Positions 19,986-29,540 of a stretch of DNA of 64,000 nt are shown one piece after another; the stretch's first letter is position 1, and each line of letters opens with the position of its first letter. The notes below the pieces were generated by a model, which was not told the DNA's origin, searched no databases, and saw nothing but the letters and a program-made list of their open reading frames with translations. Position numbers and translations under genes: made by a program. This DNA comes from a bacterium (lineage in GTDB: Bacteria; Patescibacteriota; Patescibacteriia; UBA1558; GWA2-36-10): the NCBI GenBank assembly GCA_018653315.1, contig JABIAL010000016.1, forward strand, positions 3,433 through 67,432. The letters run 5' to 3'.

Positions 19986-20951
19986 ATGAATTCAGATTAT
20001 CAGCATCAGAGCGTGCTATTGGAGGAGGTAGTGCAGTTTTTACAGCCACAGAGCGGACAGCACTTTATTGATGGCACTTTGGGTGGTGGAGGACATACAG
20101 AAGCCTTATTAAAAAAGAATGGGCCAGAGGGCAAAGTTTTAGCTTTCGAACTTGATCAGCGAGCAATTAAGGCTTCAGAAAAAAGATTAAAAGATTATCA
20201 AGATAGATTGTTCATTATAAATAAAAGTTACGTTAATTTAAAAATAGAATTAGAAAAACTACATACAGAGCTACCGGTAATTCAGGGAATAATTTTTGAT
20301 CTTGGTCTATCATCAGATCAACTAGATAAAGCAGATAGAGGTTTTTCTTTTAAAGACGACGGACCATTGGATATGCGTTTTGATGATCAGAATCAAACTT
20401 TGACTGCAGCTGATATTGTCCTAACTTGGTCTGAAGATGATTTAATCAAAATCTTCCGAGAGTATGGCGAAGAACCAAAAGCCCGACGCCTGGCAACAGG
20501 CATCATTAAATATAGAAGTTCGTGGATAAAACAAAAACAAAAATTTACAACTTCCATGTTCGTCTCCGTCATACTCGGGATTTTGCATATAAAGAACACG
20601 GCACGCTTTAAAACTCATCCGGCTACACGTATATTCCAAGCATTGCGTATTGCTGTTAATGAAGAATTGACCAATGTAAAAGAGGTTTTACCGCAAGCCA
20701 TTGAAATATTACCAGTTGGTGGACGCTTGGTAGTTATTAGCTTCCATTCTTTAGAAGACCGGATAGTAAAGAGATATTTCAAAGAACAGGCAGCAACCTG
20801 TATTTGTCCAATAGACGCTCCAGTTTGTATCTGTGATAAAGAAGCAAAAGTAAAACGTATTACTAAAAAAGGTATTAAGCCAACAGAAGTAGAGGTTAAA
20901 AAGAATTGGCGTAGTCGTAGTGCAATATTAAGAGTAATAGAAAAAATTTAA
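19986..20951 (+). CDS. rsmH: 16S rRNA m4C1402 methyltransferase
   Basis: DGTLGGGGH, DLGLSS.QLD..RGFSF, FQALRIAVN, SFHSLEDR. Confidence 0.97.
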   Translation: MNSDYQHQSVLLEEVVQFLQPQSGQHFIDGTLGGGGHTEALLKKNGPEGKVLAFELDQRAIKASEKRLKDYQDRLFIINKSYVNLKIELEKLHTELPVIQGIIFDLGLSSDQLDKADRGFSFKDDGPLDMRFDDQNQTLTAADIVLTWSEDDLIKIFREYGEEPKARRLATGIIKYRSSWIKQKQKFTTSMFVSVILGILHIKNTARFKTHPATRIFQALRIAVNEELTNVKEVLPQAIEILPVGGRLVVISFHSLEDRIVKRYFKEQAATCICPIDAPVCICDKEAKVKRITKKGIKPTEVEVKKNWRSRSAILRVIEKI

Positions 20952-20971
20952 AATAAAAAACAAAAACAAAA

Positions 20972-21283
20972 ATGAAATTTATCAAATTACAAACAATCTT
21001 TCCATTTATGCATAAGATAAAAAAATTATCGTTAGTAGGTTTAGTTTGTTTGTGGCTAGTTTACATGGTATCTATTAATCATGCTGCTAATCAAAGTTTT
21101 GAAGTGGATAGTTTTAAACAAGAAATTAAAGGATTAGAACATAATATTTTGGTATTAAACGTAGAGGCAACTAGCCTGCAAACTATTGAAAGAATTGAAG
21201 ATATGAGTAAAGGTTTAAGTTTTGTACAGACAGAAGATATTTATTATTTGACCGACAGCAAAGAGGCAATGGCTCTAAGATAA
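20972..21283 (+). CDS. ftsL: FtsL-like cell division protein
   Basis: TM plus coiled coil, located between rsmH and ftsI. Confidence 0.65.
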   Translation: MKFIKLQTIFPFMHKIKKLSLVGLVCLWLVYMVSINHAANQSFEVDSFKQEIKGLEHNILVLNVEATSLQTIERIEDMSKGLSFVQTEDIYYLTDSKEAMALR

Positions 21284-21293
21284 TTTATTTATA

Positions 21294-23132
21294 ATGTATT
21301 TTACCAGACGAAATAATAACCGGTATTTAATTAGTAATTTTCGTATTAATATCCTACAGTGGGTTATTTTTTTGTTAGTTATGTCCATTATTGGGCGTCT
21401 TTTTTATTTACAAATTTTACAACACGATAAATATACGCAAATAGCAGCTAGACAACATCAGGCCATAGAGAATATTTTACCAGAAAGAGGAGAGATTTTT
21501 GCCTTAACTAATAATAAGCAAGATAGCGGATATTATCCTTTGGCAATTAATCAGATTACTTATGAGGTTTATGCCAATCCAACAGAAATAATCCGACCAC
21601 AAAATATTACAGATATTTTGGTAGAGGTTTTAGAGCTTGATTCTGTCTTCGACTCCGAGGTCGCTCAGACTCGAGGAGAACTTATTTTAGATAAATTAAA
21701 AAAAGGCAATGACAAATATGAAGGAATAAAAAAGAATGTTACGGAAAGTCAGGTTAAAAATTTGGAAGAAAAATTAGCTGTACTTATTGATGATATTAAT
21801 ATTAATAAATTAGAAAAAGATAAAGTTTATACAGCTGGCATTCATTGGAACAAAGAAATATTGCGATATTATCCAGACAAAGAAATTGGTGCACATATTT
21901 TGGGATTTTTAGGTTATGATCAAGATGGTGTTAATAGAGTTGGTAAATATGGCGTAGAAGGATTTTGGCAGGAAGAATTAGCAGGCACTGGTAGCCAAAT
22001 GATCGCCGATCGAGCTGGCGGAGGTCGTTTGTTGCCATTTTCTAGTTTACAAGCATATGCCAAAGATGGTGCGGATTTGGTTTTAACCATTGATCGCACT
22101 GTTCAATACCAGGCCTGTAAGTCATTGGAAAAAGCAGTGGCTTTGTATGATGCAGAAGGTGGTAGTGTGCTCATCATGGAAACTGACACCGGAGCTATTC
22201 GAGCGATGTGCACTTTCCCTAGTTTTGATCCTAATCAATATAATCAGGTAGAAACGGTTGATGTATATAATAATCAAGCAGTCTATCATGCTTATGAACC
22301 GGGATCAGTGATGAAAGCTGTAGCTATGGCTATTGCTATTGATACTGGTAAAGTAACAGCAGATACTATTTATGAAGATAAGGGTGAAATAAAATTTGCC
22401 GGTGGTTTTACTGTTAGAAATTCAGACCGCAAGGCTCATGGTATGGTCGATATGACAGAAGTATTAGCTGCCTCTTTGAATACGGGTGTTATTTTTGCTA
22501 CTCAAGATATTAAAAATAAAATATACGAAAATTATATGGAGAAATTTGGTTTTGGCCAAATAACTGGTTTATCAATTTCTCAAGAAAGCAAAGGAGATAT
22601 TTTCTCTTTGTCTAAACGAGGTGATACATATAAAGCCACTGCTTCTTATGGTCAAGGTATTACAGCTACACCTTTGCAAATGTTAAATTCTTTCAATGCT
22701 TTAGCTAATCGTGGTAATTTAGTGCAACCGTATTTAGTTGAGCAAGTAAAATTTAGTAATGGTAAAATCGATGGTGTTGAGCCAAAAATTATTCGCAAGG
22801 TAGTAAGTGAAAGTACGGCAGCTACCTTAGCAGCTATGTTGGTACAAGTGGTAGATAGTGGCCATGCTGGTAAGGCAGCTGTGCCTGGATATTATGTGGC
22901 TGGTAAAACAGGAACTGCTCAAGTAGCCGATCCAGAAACAAAAGGATATTCAATAGATAAGACTATTCATAATTTTATTGGTTTTGCACCAGTGGAGAAT
23001 CCAAAATTTACTATGATCACCAAGTTAGATTTTCCAACAGCAGCTAGATTTTCAGCTGATACAGCTGCGCCATTATTTGGCGAAATTGCTAAATTTCTGC
23101 TAGAATATTACCAGATTCCACCAAATCGTTAG
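21294..23132 (+). CDS. ftsI: Class B penicillin-binding protein (FtsI-like)
   Basis: RGEI, R.YP, EPGSVMK (SxxK), SLN (SxN), KTGTAQ. Confidence 0.9.
   Translation: MYFTRRNNNRYLISNFRINILQWVIFLLVMSIIGRLFYLQILQHDKYTQIAARQHQAIENILPERGEIFALTNNKQDSGYYPLAINQITYEVYANPTEIIRPQNITDILVEVLELDSVFDSEVAQTRGELILDKLKKGNDKYEGIKKNVTESQVKNLEEKLAVLIDDININKLEKDKVYTAGIHWNKEILRYYPDKEIGAHILGFLGYDQDGVNRVGKYGVEGFWQEELAGTGSQMIADRAGGGRLLPFSSLQAYAKDGADLVLTIDRTVQYQACKSLEKAVALYDAEGGSVLIMETDTGAIRAMCTFPSFDPNQYNQVETVDVYNNQAVYHAYEPGSVMKAVAMAIAIDTGKVTADTIYEDKGEIKFAGGFTVRNSDRKAHGMVDMTEVLAASLNTGVIFATQDIKNKIYENYMEKFGFGQITGLSISQESKGDIFSLSKRGDTYKATASYGQGITATPLQMLNSFNALANRGNLVQPYLVEQVKFSNGKIDGVEPKIIRKVVSESTAATLAAMLVQVVDSGHAGKAAVPGYYVAGKTGTAQVADPETKGYSIDKTIHNFIGFAPVENPKFTMITKLDFPTAARFSADTAAPLFGEIAKFLLEYYQIPPNR
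21645..21678. repeat. REP-like palindrome inside the ftsI coding sequence
   Basis: GTCT-TCGAC-TCCGAGGT-CGCTC-AGAC, same core as the intergenic copies. Confidence 0.55.
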
Positions 23133-23135
23133 ATT

Positions 23136-24395
23136 ATGAAGAAAATACTATATTTTACCCTAAAATTGCTAAGTATAGCGGTAATTAAGAAATATCAGCC
23201 CAAAATCATTGGGATTACTGGTAGCGTCGGAAAAACCTCTTCAAAAGAGGCGATTTTTTCTGTTATAAAGAAAAATTGGCGAGTTCGACGTAGTATCAAA
23301 AACTATAATAACGAGATTGGTGTGCCATTAACTATTTTAAATCAAGACACTGGTGGTAAGAGTATTGTAGCTTGGATTAAGATTGTGATTGCTGGCTTGA
23401 AGCTATTAGTGTTTAAAAATAAAAAATATCCTCAGATTTTAGTATTAGAAATGGGAGCAGATAAGCCAGGTGATATAAAATATCTCACATCAATTGCTCC
23501 GCCAGATATTTCAGTTCTAATAGCTATTGGGCGTAGTCATTTACAGAATTTTGGTAAAATTGAAGAAACAGCAAAAGAAAAGGCTAGCATTTTAACACCT
23601 TTAACAAAAAAAGGCTTTGCTATTTTAAATAATGATGATAAAAGAGTAGCTGCTTTAGCTGAACAAACAAAAGGAAATGTTTTGACTTATGGCAAGTCAG
23701 AAGATAGTGATATTCAAATTGACAATATTAAAATTATTAAACAAAAACATATTTACGGTACATCTTTTGATTTAAATTTTGAAGGAGGTACTTGGCCAGT
23801 ATTTTTACCACAAGTATTAGGCAAGCAACATGCCTTAGCTATCGCGTCAGCTTGTACTGTTGGGTTAGCTTTAGGCATGGATCCAGAAAGTATTATTAAG
23901 AACTTGGCTCATTATCAGGCGGCACGTGGTCGGACAAATGTGTTACTTGGAATAAAAAATAGTTTAGTAATTGATGATTCTTATAATTCATCGCCGATGT
24001 CTTCTAAAATGGTAATAGATACTTTAGCTGAAATGAAAACAGAGGGCAGTAAGATAATAGTTTTTGGCGATATGCTAGAATTAGGAGCTTCTACTGAAGA
24101 ACAACATCAAAAGATTGGTAAATATATAGCAGATACAGATGTTGATTATTTATTTGTAGTTGGTGAAAGAGCTAGAGATGTTCGTCGAGGTGCTATCAAG
24201 GCTGGTATGAGTGAGGATAAGATTTATCATTTTCCTTCTACTACACAGGCTGGTTTATTTTTGCAAGATCGCATCAAAGAAGGAGATGTGATTTTGGTCA
24301 AAGGCTCACGAGGCATGAAGATGGAGCAGGTCGTTTATGAGATCATGGCCAGACCTTGGGAGGCTGATGATTTTTTGGTTGGCCCAGTAAGATAG
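23136..24395 (+). CDS. murF: UDP-MurNAc-tripeptide--D-Ala-D-Ala ligase
   Basis: GITGSVGKTSSK, NNEIGVPLT, DDSYNSSP, GDMLELG, VKGSRG. Confidence 0.93.
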   Translation: MKKILYFTLKLLSIAVIKKYQPKIIGITGSVGKTSSKEAIFSVIKKNWRVRRSIKNYNNEIGVPLTILNQDTGGKSIVAWIKIVIAGLKLLVFKNKKYPQILVLEMGADKPGDIKYLTSIAPPDISVLIAIGRSHLQNFGKIEETAKEKASILTPLTKKGFAILNNDDKRVAALAEQTKGNVLTYGKSEDSDIQIDNIKIIKQKHIYGTSFDLNFEGGTWPVFLPQVLGKQHALAIASACTVGLALGMDPESIIKNLAHYQAARGRTNVLLGIKNSLVIDDSYNSSPMSSKMVIDTLAEMKTEGSKIIVFGDMLELGASTEEQHQKIGKYIADTDVDYLFVVGERARDVRRGAIKAGMSEDKIYHFPSTTQAGLFLQDRIKEGDVILVKGSRGMKMEQVVYEIMARPWEADDFLVGPVR

Positions 24396-24495
24396 TTGAC
24401 TTTTAGTAGTTTTTTTGTTAAAAATATTCACTCAAGGTCCCTCCGCCTTCGCTAAGGCTTCGGCGAGATAGGGCACTTAGTATGATTTAAATTTA

Positions 24496-24570
24496 GGTCC
24501 CATCGTCTAGTGGCTAGGACGCCAGGTTCTCATCCTGGTAACCGGAGTTCGATTCTCCGTGGGATCACCA
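24496..24570 (+). tRNA. tRNA-Glu(CTC)
   Basis: Acceptor GGTCCCA/TGGGATC, anticodon arm CCAGG-TTCTCAT-CCTGG, GTTCGATTC, CCA end. Confidence 0.96.
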
Positions 24571-24640
24571 CTCGACTTCGCTCGTGGTCTTCGACCATAA
24601 AAATTTAGTGTCCTGAGCGAGTGAAACGAGTCGAAGGGCA
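24567..24640. repeat. Inverted pair of REP-like palindromes at the tRNA-Glu 3' end
   Basis: ACCAC-TCGAC-TT-CGCTC-GTGGT and TGTCCT-GAGCG...AGTCGA-AGGGCA. Confidence 0.8.
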
Positions 24641-24742
24641 AACAGCTATTGTAACTGTTTTTTAAATTGACAATGCAGTATCTTTATGGTTTTCTTAATA
24701 TATTATTTGTTATAAAAATATCTTACGAAATTTAAATATTTT

Positions 24743-26365
24743 ATGAAAATGGAAAGAATGTCTTTGGAGAATAATATAGACAATTTAGATCAGGAGGAGG
24801 TTATTGCTTCTGAAGAGGAGGTCGTTGTTGATCAAGCAGAAGTAGAAGTAAAAAAAGAAGAGTTAGAATTGAATCCGGAGAAATTGATAGCAGAAGAAAA
24901 GACATTGTTAGATGTATTTAGAGGAAGGTCTGCTGGTATGGCAAAAGTGCTAACTTTAACTACAGCTTTAATACTTGGTTCAAAATTTGCTCAAGATGCT
25001 CATGCGGAAACACCAGAGACACAAGTCACAGAACAAACAGATGAACAAAAAGAGAAACAAGAGTTTTATAGTTTAGAATTTCGAGATGACGTTGAAAACC
25101 AATTAGATGTCATAGATAAGATAAAATTAATTCGTTTTGTAGTTGTCCATGATAATGAAACAGAGTCTATTATTTTTTCACCAGAAGAATTGCAAAATAA
25201 TCCAACTTTGAGTGTTGAAGGTTATGTTGCTAATGTAATGGTTCTTGGTGACGATGGAATAGAGGTTAGCTTGAATGGTCAAGGTAGTAAAAAAATTGAT
25301 AGAGATCACGATGAAGATTATTTGATACTAGGAGGAACATGTGTACATCCTGAAGAATTGCAGACAGATGAATACTCAGAGGATTTTTTTCATGATCTTA
25401 TAACCAAATCAGAACTTACAGCAGATGAACATGGGAGCACCTATTTGTCTGGAGGACATTATTTTGGACTAGCTACATCAATGGGTTATCTTGGGGAACC
25501 AGTAAACGATGATCAAAATAATATTCTTAAATTTAAAACAAATGATGGGACTTATTCATTTCCAATTAATCAGCATGTTTTTCAAGAATTTGAGCCAGAT
25601 AATATTGAAGACAGTGGAAGAGGTGGTGATTTAGTTTTTGAGTATTTGGGCAATCGTCCAGATCGTATCTCTAATGATGAAGGTGTAGATGAACACATAC
25701 AAGCAATAACTAATGCAATTACCAGAGTTGAGTCGATTTCAGGTTCAAATTTAATAGATAGGGTACGTTTTATAGATTATAATGCGGACAATGCTTTTGC
25801 TGCTCATTATGAAAAAGAGATGACATTTACAATGGATCATTTGGAAGGGAATGATGTTGAAGAAAGCGCAGCAACAGCTGAACATGAGATATTACATAAA
25901 TATGTTGATCAAAAGAAATTTACAGATGATCCAGAAATTAGAACTTTATTTGCAGATTTAAAGGGGTATACTAGTAATAAGAAAACAAGGATAATAAATA
26001 ATGGATGGATTCCTTTTGATGGATTTAATGAAGATTATGATAATAAAATCTTTTTTGATTTCATTGATGAAAAGAGTTTTCTTGGTAGAGGAGGAGGTCA
26101 TTCCAAAGATAATGTCTGGGAGTTTTGCACTTCTTTTATTCATTCCTTAATGTATTTAGATCGCTTAGATGATAATCTACAGGAAATTGGTGATGAAGAA
26201 GAACGTATGAGTGTTTTAGATAATTATATACATACTACTCAGGTTGTGTTAGACAATGTTAGAAATTTACCAGTGATTGGTAAACTTTATGACAACAGAG
26301 AAGAAAAGTTTTTAAAAGATAAATTAGAGCAGATGAAACAACTTAGAGGTAAATTAAATAAATAA
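24743..26365 (+). CDS. Acidic, probably exported protein with HExxH zinc-metallopeptidase-like domain
   Basis: Internal signal-like segment ending AHA-E, HEILH motif, downstream DNVWEF glutamate. Confidence 0.55.
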   Translation: MKMERMSLENNIDNLDQEEVIASEEEVVVDQAEVEVKKEELELNPEKLIAEEKTLLDVFRGRSAGMAKVLTLTTALILGSKFAQDAHAETPETQVTEQTDEQKEKQEFYSLEFRDDVENQLDVIDKIKLIRFVVVHDNETESIIFSPEELQNNPTLSVEGYVANVMVLGDDGIEVSLNGQGSKKIDRDHDEDYLILGGTCVHPEELQTDEYSEDFFHDLITKSELTADEHGSTYLSGGHYFGLATSMGYLGEPVNDDQNNILKFKTNDGTYSFPINQHVFQEFEPDNIEDSGRGGDLVFEYLGNRPDRISNDEGVDEHIQAITNAITRVESISGSNLIDRVRFIDYNADNAFAAHYEKEMTFTMDHLEGNDVEESAATAEHEILHKYVDQKKFTDDPEIRTLFADLKGYTSNKKTRIINNGWIPFDGFNEDYDNKIFFDFIDEKSFLGRGGGHSKDNVWEFCTSFIHSLMYLDRLDDNLQEIGDEEERMSVLDNYIHTTQVVLDNVRNLPVIGKLYDNREEKFLKDKLEQMKQLRGKLNK

Positions 26366-26366
26366 T

Positions 26367-26636
26367 ATGGATTTTAACATTATTAAAATTAAAGCGTTGA
26401 TTTTGAAATCAGGTCTTAGTGAAGAAGATCAGCAAAGTCTCTTAAGTTTGTTTGCTCAGGCAAAAGATGGAGATTTAAAAGAAGCTGTGAAATTATTTGA
26501 AAATGACCTGGAAAATGTTAAAATAATGGATGACGTATATAAAGCCAAGCTAAAGGTTTTTGAAAATAAAGATAAAAAAGGATGGAGAGAAATTTTAGAA
26601 GAAGAGCGTAGGAGCTTAGAAGAGATGGAAGAATAG
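26367..26636 (+). CDS. Small helical hypothetical protein
   Basis: 89-aa ORF starting 2 nt after the upstream stop. Confidence 0.7.
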   Translation: MDFNIIKIKALILKSGLSEEDQQSLLSLFAQAKDGDLKEAVKLFENDLENVKIMDDVYKAKLKVFENKDKKGWREILEEERRSLEEMEE

Positions 26637-26704
26637 ATTTATTGGGTTAATTTAAAAAAGAACTCAGATATTTACCTGAGTTCAAAGTCATAAAGAGGAG
26701 TGTA

Positions 26705-26875
26705 TTAAATAGTAACACTTCGTTGCCAATCTTCTTGCGTTGGATTTTGTGCATCATCCAAAGCTTTTAGTCGTTTTTTTAGACGAGGCATTGCAAGTTT
26801 TAGGCGTAGACTCGCAGCTTCTATTTCTTCAGGAGAAAGAAGTTGTTTTTTTAGTTTTTCTTTATTTTTAGGCAT
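26705..26875 (-). CDS. Small basic hypothetical protein, 56 aa (not in the ORF track)
   Basis: MPKNKEKLKKQLLSPEEIEAASLRLKLAMPRLKKRLKALDDAQNPTQEDWQRSVTI*; SD AAAGGAG; promoter TTGTCA-17-TATAAT at 26937-26909. Confidence 0.65.
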   Translation of the reverse strand: MPKNKEKLKKQLLSPEEIEAASLRLKLAMPRLKKRLKALDDAQNPTQEDWQRSVTI

Positions 26876-26930
26876 GAGCTACTCCTTTTAATGTACAGAT
26901 TTAGTTTAATTATACATAATATTAATAACA

Positions 26931-26981
26931 TTGACAAAACAAGCTTTCTTAACTATAATCAAGTCGCTTATAGTTAAGAAA
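26931..26981 (+). promoter_or_regulatory. suf promoter with palindromic operator
   Basis: TTGACA-17-TATAAT; perfect 14-bp inverted repeat TTTCTTAACTATAA-N9-TTATAGTTAAGAAA overlapping the -10 box. Confidence 0.8.
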
Positions 26982-26989
26982 CAGTTAAT

Positions 26990-27391
26990 ATGTTTAATAT
27001 CTCAGCAAAAGCCGATTATGGCTTAATAATCATGCTAGAATTGGCCAAAAATCATGGTCAGGGTTATTTAGCTATGTCTGATATTTCTAGCACCAAAAAA
27101 TTATCTAGTCATTATTTAACTCAAATCACCAAACCTTTGCGTCAGGCTAAATTATTAGCCAGTAAAGAGGGTAAGACTGGTGGCTATACTTTGAGTAAAA
27201 ACCCAGATCAAATCACCGTGTTAGAGATAATAGAGGCCTTGGAGGGTAAGATAAAACTTAATCGTCATGATTGTTCTAGTATCTGTGTTGCTTTTGCTAA
27301 TTGTGAAGCTAAAACCATCTGGCCAACTATTATGATAGATATTAAAAAATTATTACAAGCTAAGACCTTAGCTGATTTGTTAAAAAAATAA
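26990..27391 (+). CDS. Rrf2-family transcriptional regulator
   Basis: KADYGL, YL.QI...L, S.EG..GGY.L, I.ALEG, three Cys in the C-terminal region. Confidence 0.92.
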   Translation: MFNISAKADYGLIIMLELAKNHGQGYLAMSDISSTKKLSSHYLTQITKPLRQAKLLASKEGKTGGYTLSKNPDQITVLEIIEALEGKIKLNRHDCSSICVAFANCEAKTIWPTIMIDIKKLLQAKTLADLLKK

Positions 27392-27399
27392 TCTAACTT

Positions 27400-28158
27400 A
27401 TGAAATTATTATTACAAATTAAAAATTTACATATTGCCGTTGATGATCGAGAGATAATCAAGGGCTTAGATTTAGAAATTAAATCTGGAGAAATACATAT
27501 TATCATGGGACCAAATGGAGCTGGCAAGTCTACTTTGTCAAATGCTTTGTTAGGAGATCCAAGTCTTGATCTTAAACAAGGAAAGATTGTTTTTGTTGAT
27601 AAAAATATTAGTGATTTCAAGACAGAAGATAGAGCCAAACTTGGATTGTTTATGTCTTGGCAACATCCGCCAGAAATTACCGGAGTTAGTTTGGATCAGT
27701 TTTTGTTTTTAGCTTATAAAAATATTATGTTAGCTCAAGATAAAAAATGGCAGGCACCTAGTATTTTTGAGTTTAAACAAAAATTAGAGCAAGAAGCAGC
27801 TAAATTAGAAATTCCAATTAAGTTTTTACAACGCAGTTTAAACGTTGGATTTTCTGGTGGTGAAAAAAAGAAAATTGAAATGTTACAATTAGCTATTTTA
27901 GAACCCAAGCTAGCCATTTTAGATGAAACGGATTCAGGTTTAGATGTTGATGCTATTAAACTTTTACATCAAGCGATTAAGGAATTTAAAGTTAAAGATC
28001 GAGCAGTTCTATTAATCACTCATCATCCAAATATTTTGGATTATATTAAACCAGACTATGTCCATATTATGATTGATGGTCAGATTGTTAAATCTGGTAG
28101 TCAAGATTTAATTAAGGAAGTGCAAAAAGCAGGTTTTAAATCATATGTCCAAAGCTAA
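27400..28158 (+). CDS. sufC: Fe-S assembly ATPase
   Basis: MGPNGAGKST, GFSGGEKKK.E, LDETDSGLDVD. Confidence 0.96.
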   Translation: MKLLLQIKNLHIAVDDREIIKGLDLEIKSGEIHIIMGPNGAGKSTLSNALLGDPSLDLKQGKIVFVDKNISDFKTEDRAKLGLFMSWQHPPEITGVSLDQFLFLAYKNIMLAQDKKWQAPSIFEFKQKLEQEAAKLEIPIKFLQRSLNVGFSGGEKKKIEMLQLAILEPKLAILDETDSGLDVDAIKLLHQAIKEFKVKDRAVLLITHHPNILDYIKPDYVHIMIDGQIVKSGSQDLIKEVQKAGFKSYVQS

Positions 28159-29539
28159 AGATACCAAAGAAAAGTTATGGGGCAATGCTAATCCAGCGCC
28201 TTATATGCAAGCTACTAGCCGTGGTTTGACTAAAAAAATTGTTAAACAAATATCGGCTAGTAAACATGAACCAAATTGGATGCTACAACATCGTTTGGAT
28301 AGTTTGGAGTTGTTTAAAAATATGCCAATGCCAAATTGGGGACCTGATTTATCTAAATTAGATTTGGATAAAATTACTTATTTTGCCCAAGCTCATGATC
28401 AGCAAGCTACGGATTGGAAAGATGTGCCGAAAGATATTAAAAATACTTTTGATAAACTAGGCATTCCTCAAGCAGAGCAAAAAGCTTTGGCTGGTGTAGG
28501 TGCTCAATATGAATCAACTGTGATTTATCATAATCTAAAACAACAATGGCAAGACCAGGGCGTTATTTTTGAGGACATGGATGTAGCTTTACAAAAATAC
28601 CCAGAGTTAATGTCTGAATATTTTATGAAAGCAGTACCGTCTCACTTGCATAAGTTTACCGCTTTACACGGCGCTGTTTGGTCTGGTGGTACATTTTTAT
28701 ATGTGCCAAAAGGGGTAAATATTGATTTGCCTTTGCAAGCTTACTTTAGAATGAATGCTAAGGGCATGGGCCAGTTTGAACATACTTTAATTATCGTAGA
28801 GGAGGATGCTCAAGCTCATTATATTGAAGGTTGTAGTGCACCACGATACGGAGTAGATTCTTTGCATGCTGGTTGTGTAGAAATTTATGTAAAAAAGAAT
28901 GCCCGTTTTCGTTACAGTAGTGTTGAAAGTTGGAGTAAAGATGCTTACAATTTAAATACTAAACGAGCGATTGTAGAGGAAAATGCCCGAATAGAATGGG
29001 TTGGAGGTAATTTTGGTAGTAATGTGACCATGCTTTATCCTTGTTCTGTTTTGAAGGGTCTTGGTGCTTCTGCTGATCATCTTGGTTTGGCTTTTGCAAA
29101 TTCAGGACAAATTCAAGATGCTGGAGCTAAAGTTATTCATTTAGCATCACAGACAAGTTCAAATATTGTAATGAAAAGTATTTCTAAAGGCGGGGGCGTG
29201 TCTTTATATCGTGGCTTGGTAGACATTAGTGCTAAGGCAGACAATGTTTCGATTAGCGTCAATTGTGATGCTTTATTACTTGATGATAATTCCCATTCGG
29301 ATACTATACCAGTGATGAAAATAAATAATGCTACAGCTACAGTGGTTCACGAAGCCAGAGCTGGTAAGATTTCAGCCAAGGATTTATTTTATTTACAATC
29401 TCGTGGTTTGAGCGAGGAAGAAGCTATTAATATGATCGTTAATGGTTTTATTGAGCCAATTACACGTGAGTTACCTCTGGAATATGCAGTAGAAATGAAT
29501 AGAATGATAGAGTTAGAAATAGAAGGAGGGATAGGATAG
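28145..29539 (+). CDS. sufB: Fe-S assembly scaffold
   Basis: AGVGAQYES, PLQAYFR, GQFEHTLI, YIEGCSAP, LPLEYAVE. Confidence 0.97.
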   Translation: MSKAKDTKEKLWGNANPAPYMQATSRGLTKKIVKQISASKHEPNWMLQHRLDSLELFKNMPMPNWGPDLSKLDLDKITYFAQAHDQQATDWKDVPKDIKNTFDKLGIPQAEQKALAGVGAQYESTVIYHNLKQQWQDQGVIFEDMDVALQKYPELMSEYFMKAVPSHLHKFTALHGAVWSGGTFLYVPKGVNIDLPLQAYFRMNAKGMGQFEHTLIIVEEDAQAHYIEGCSAPRYGVDSLHAGCVEIYVKKNARFRYSSVESWSKDAYNLNTKRAIVEENARIEWVGGNFGSNVTMLYPCSVLKGLGASADHLGLAFANSGQIQDAGAKVIHLASQTSSNIVMKSISKGGGVSLYRGLVDISAKADNVSISVNCDALLLDDNSHSDTIPVMKINNATATVVHEARAGKISAKDLFYLQSRGLSEEEAINMIVNGFIEPITRELPLEYAVEMNRMIELEIEGGIG

Positions 29540-29540
29540 T

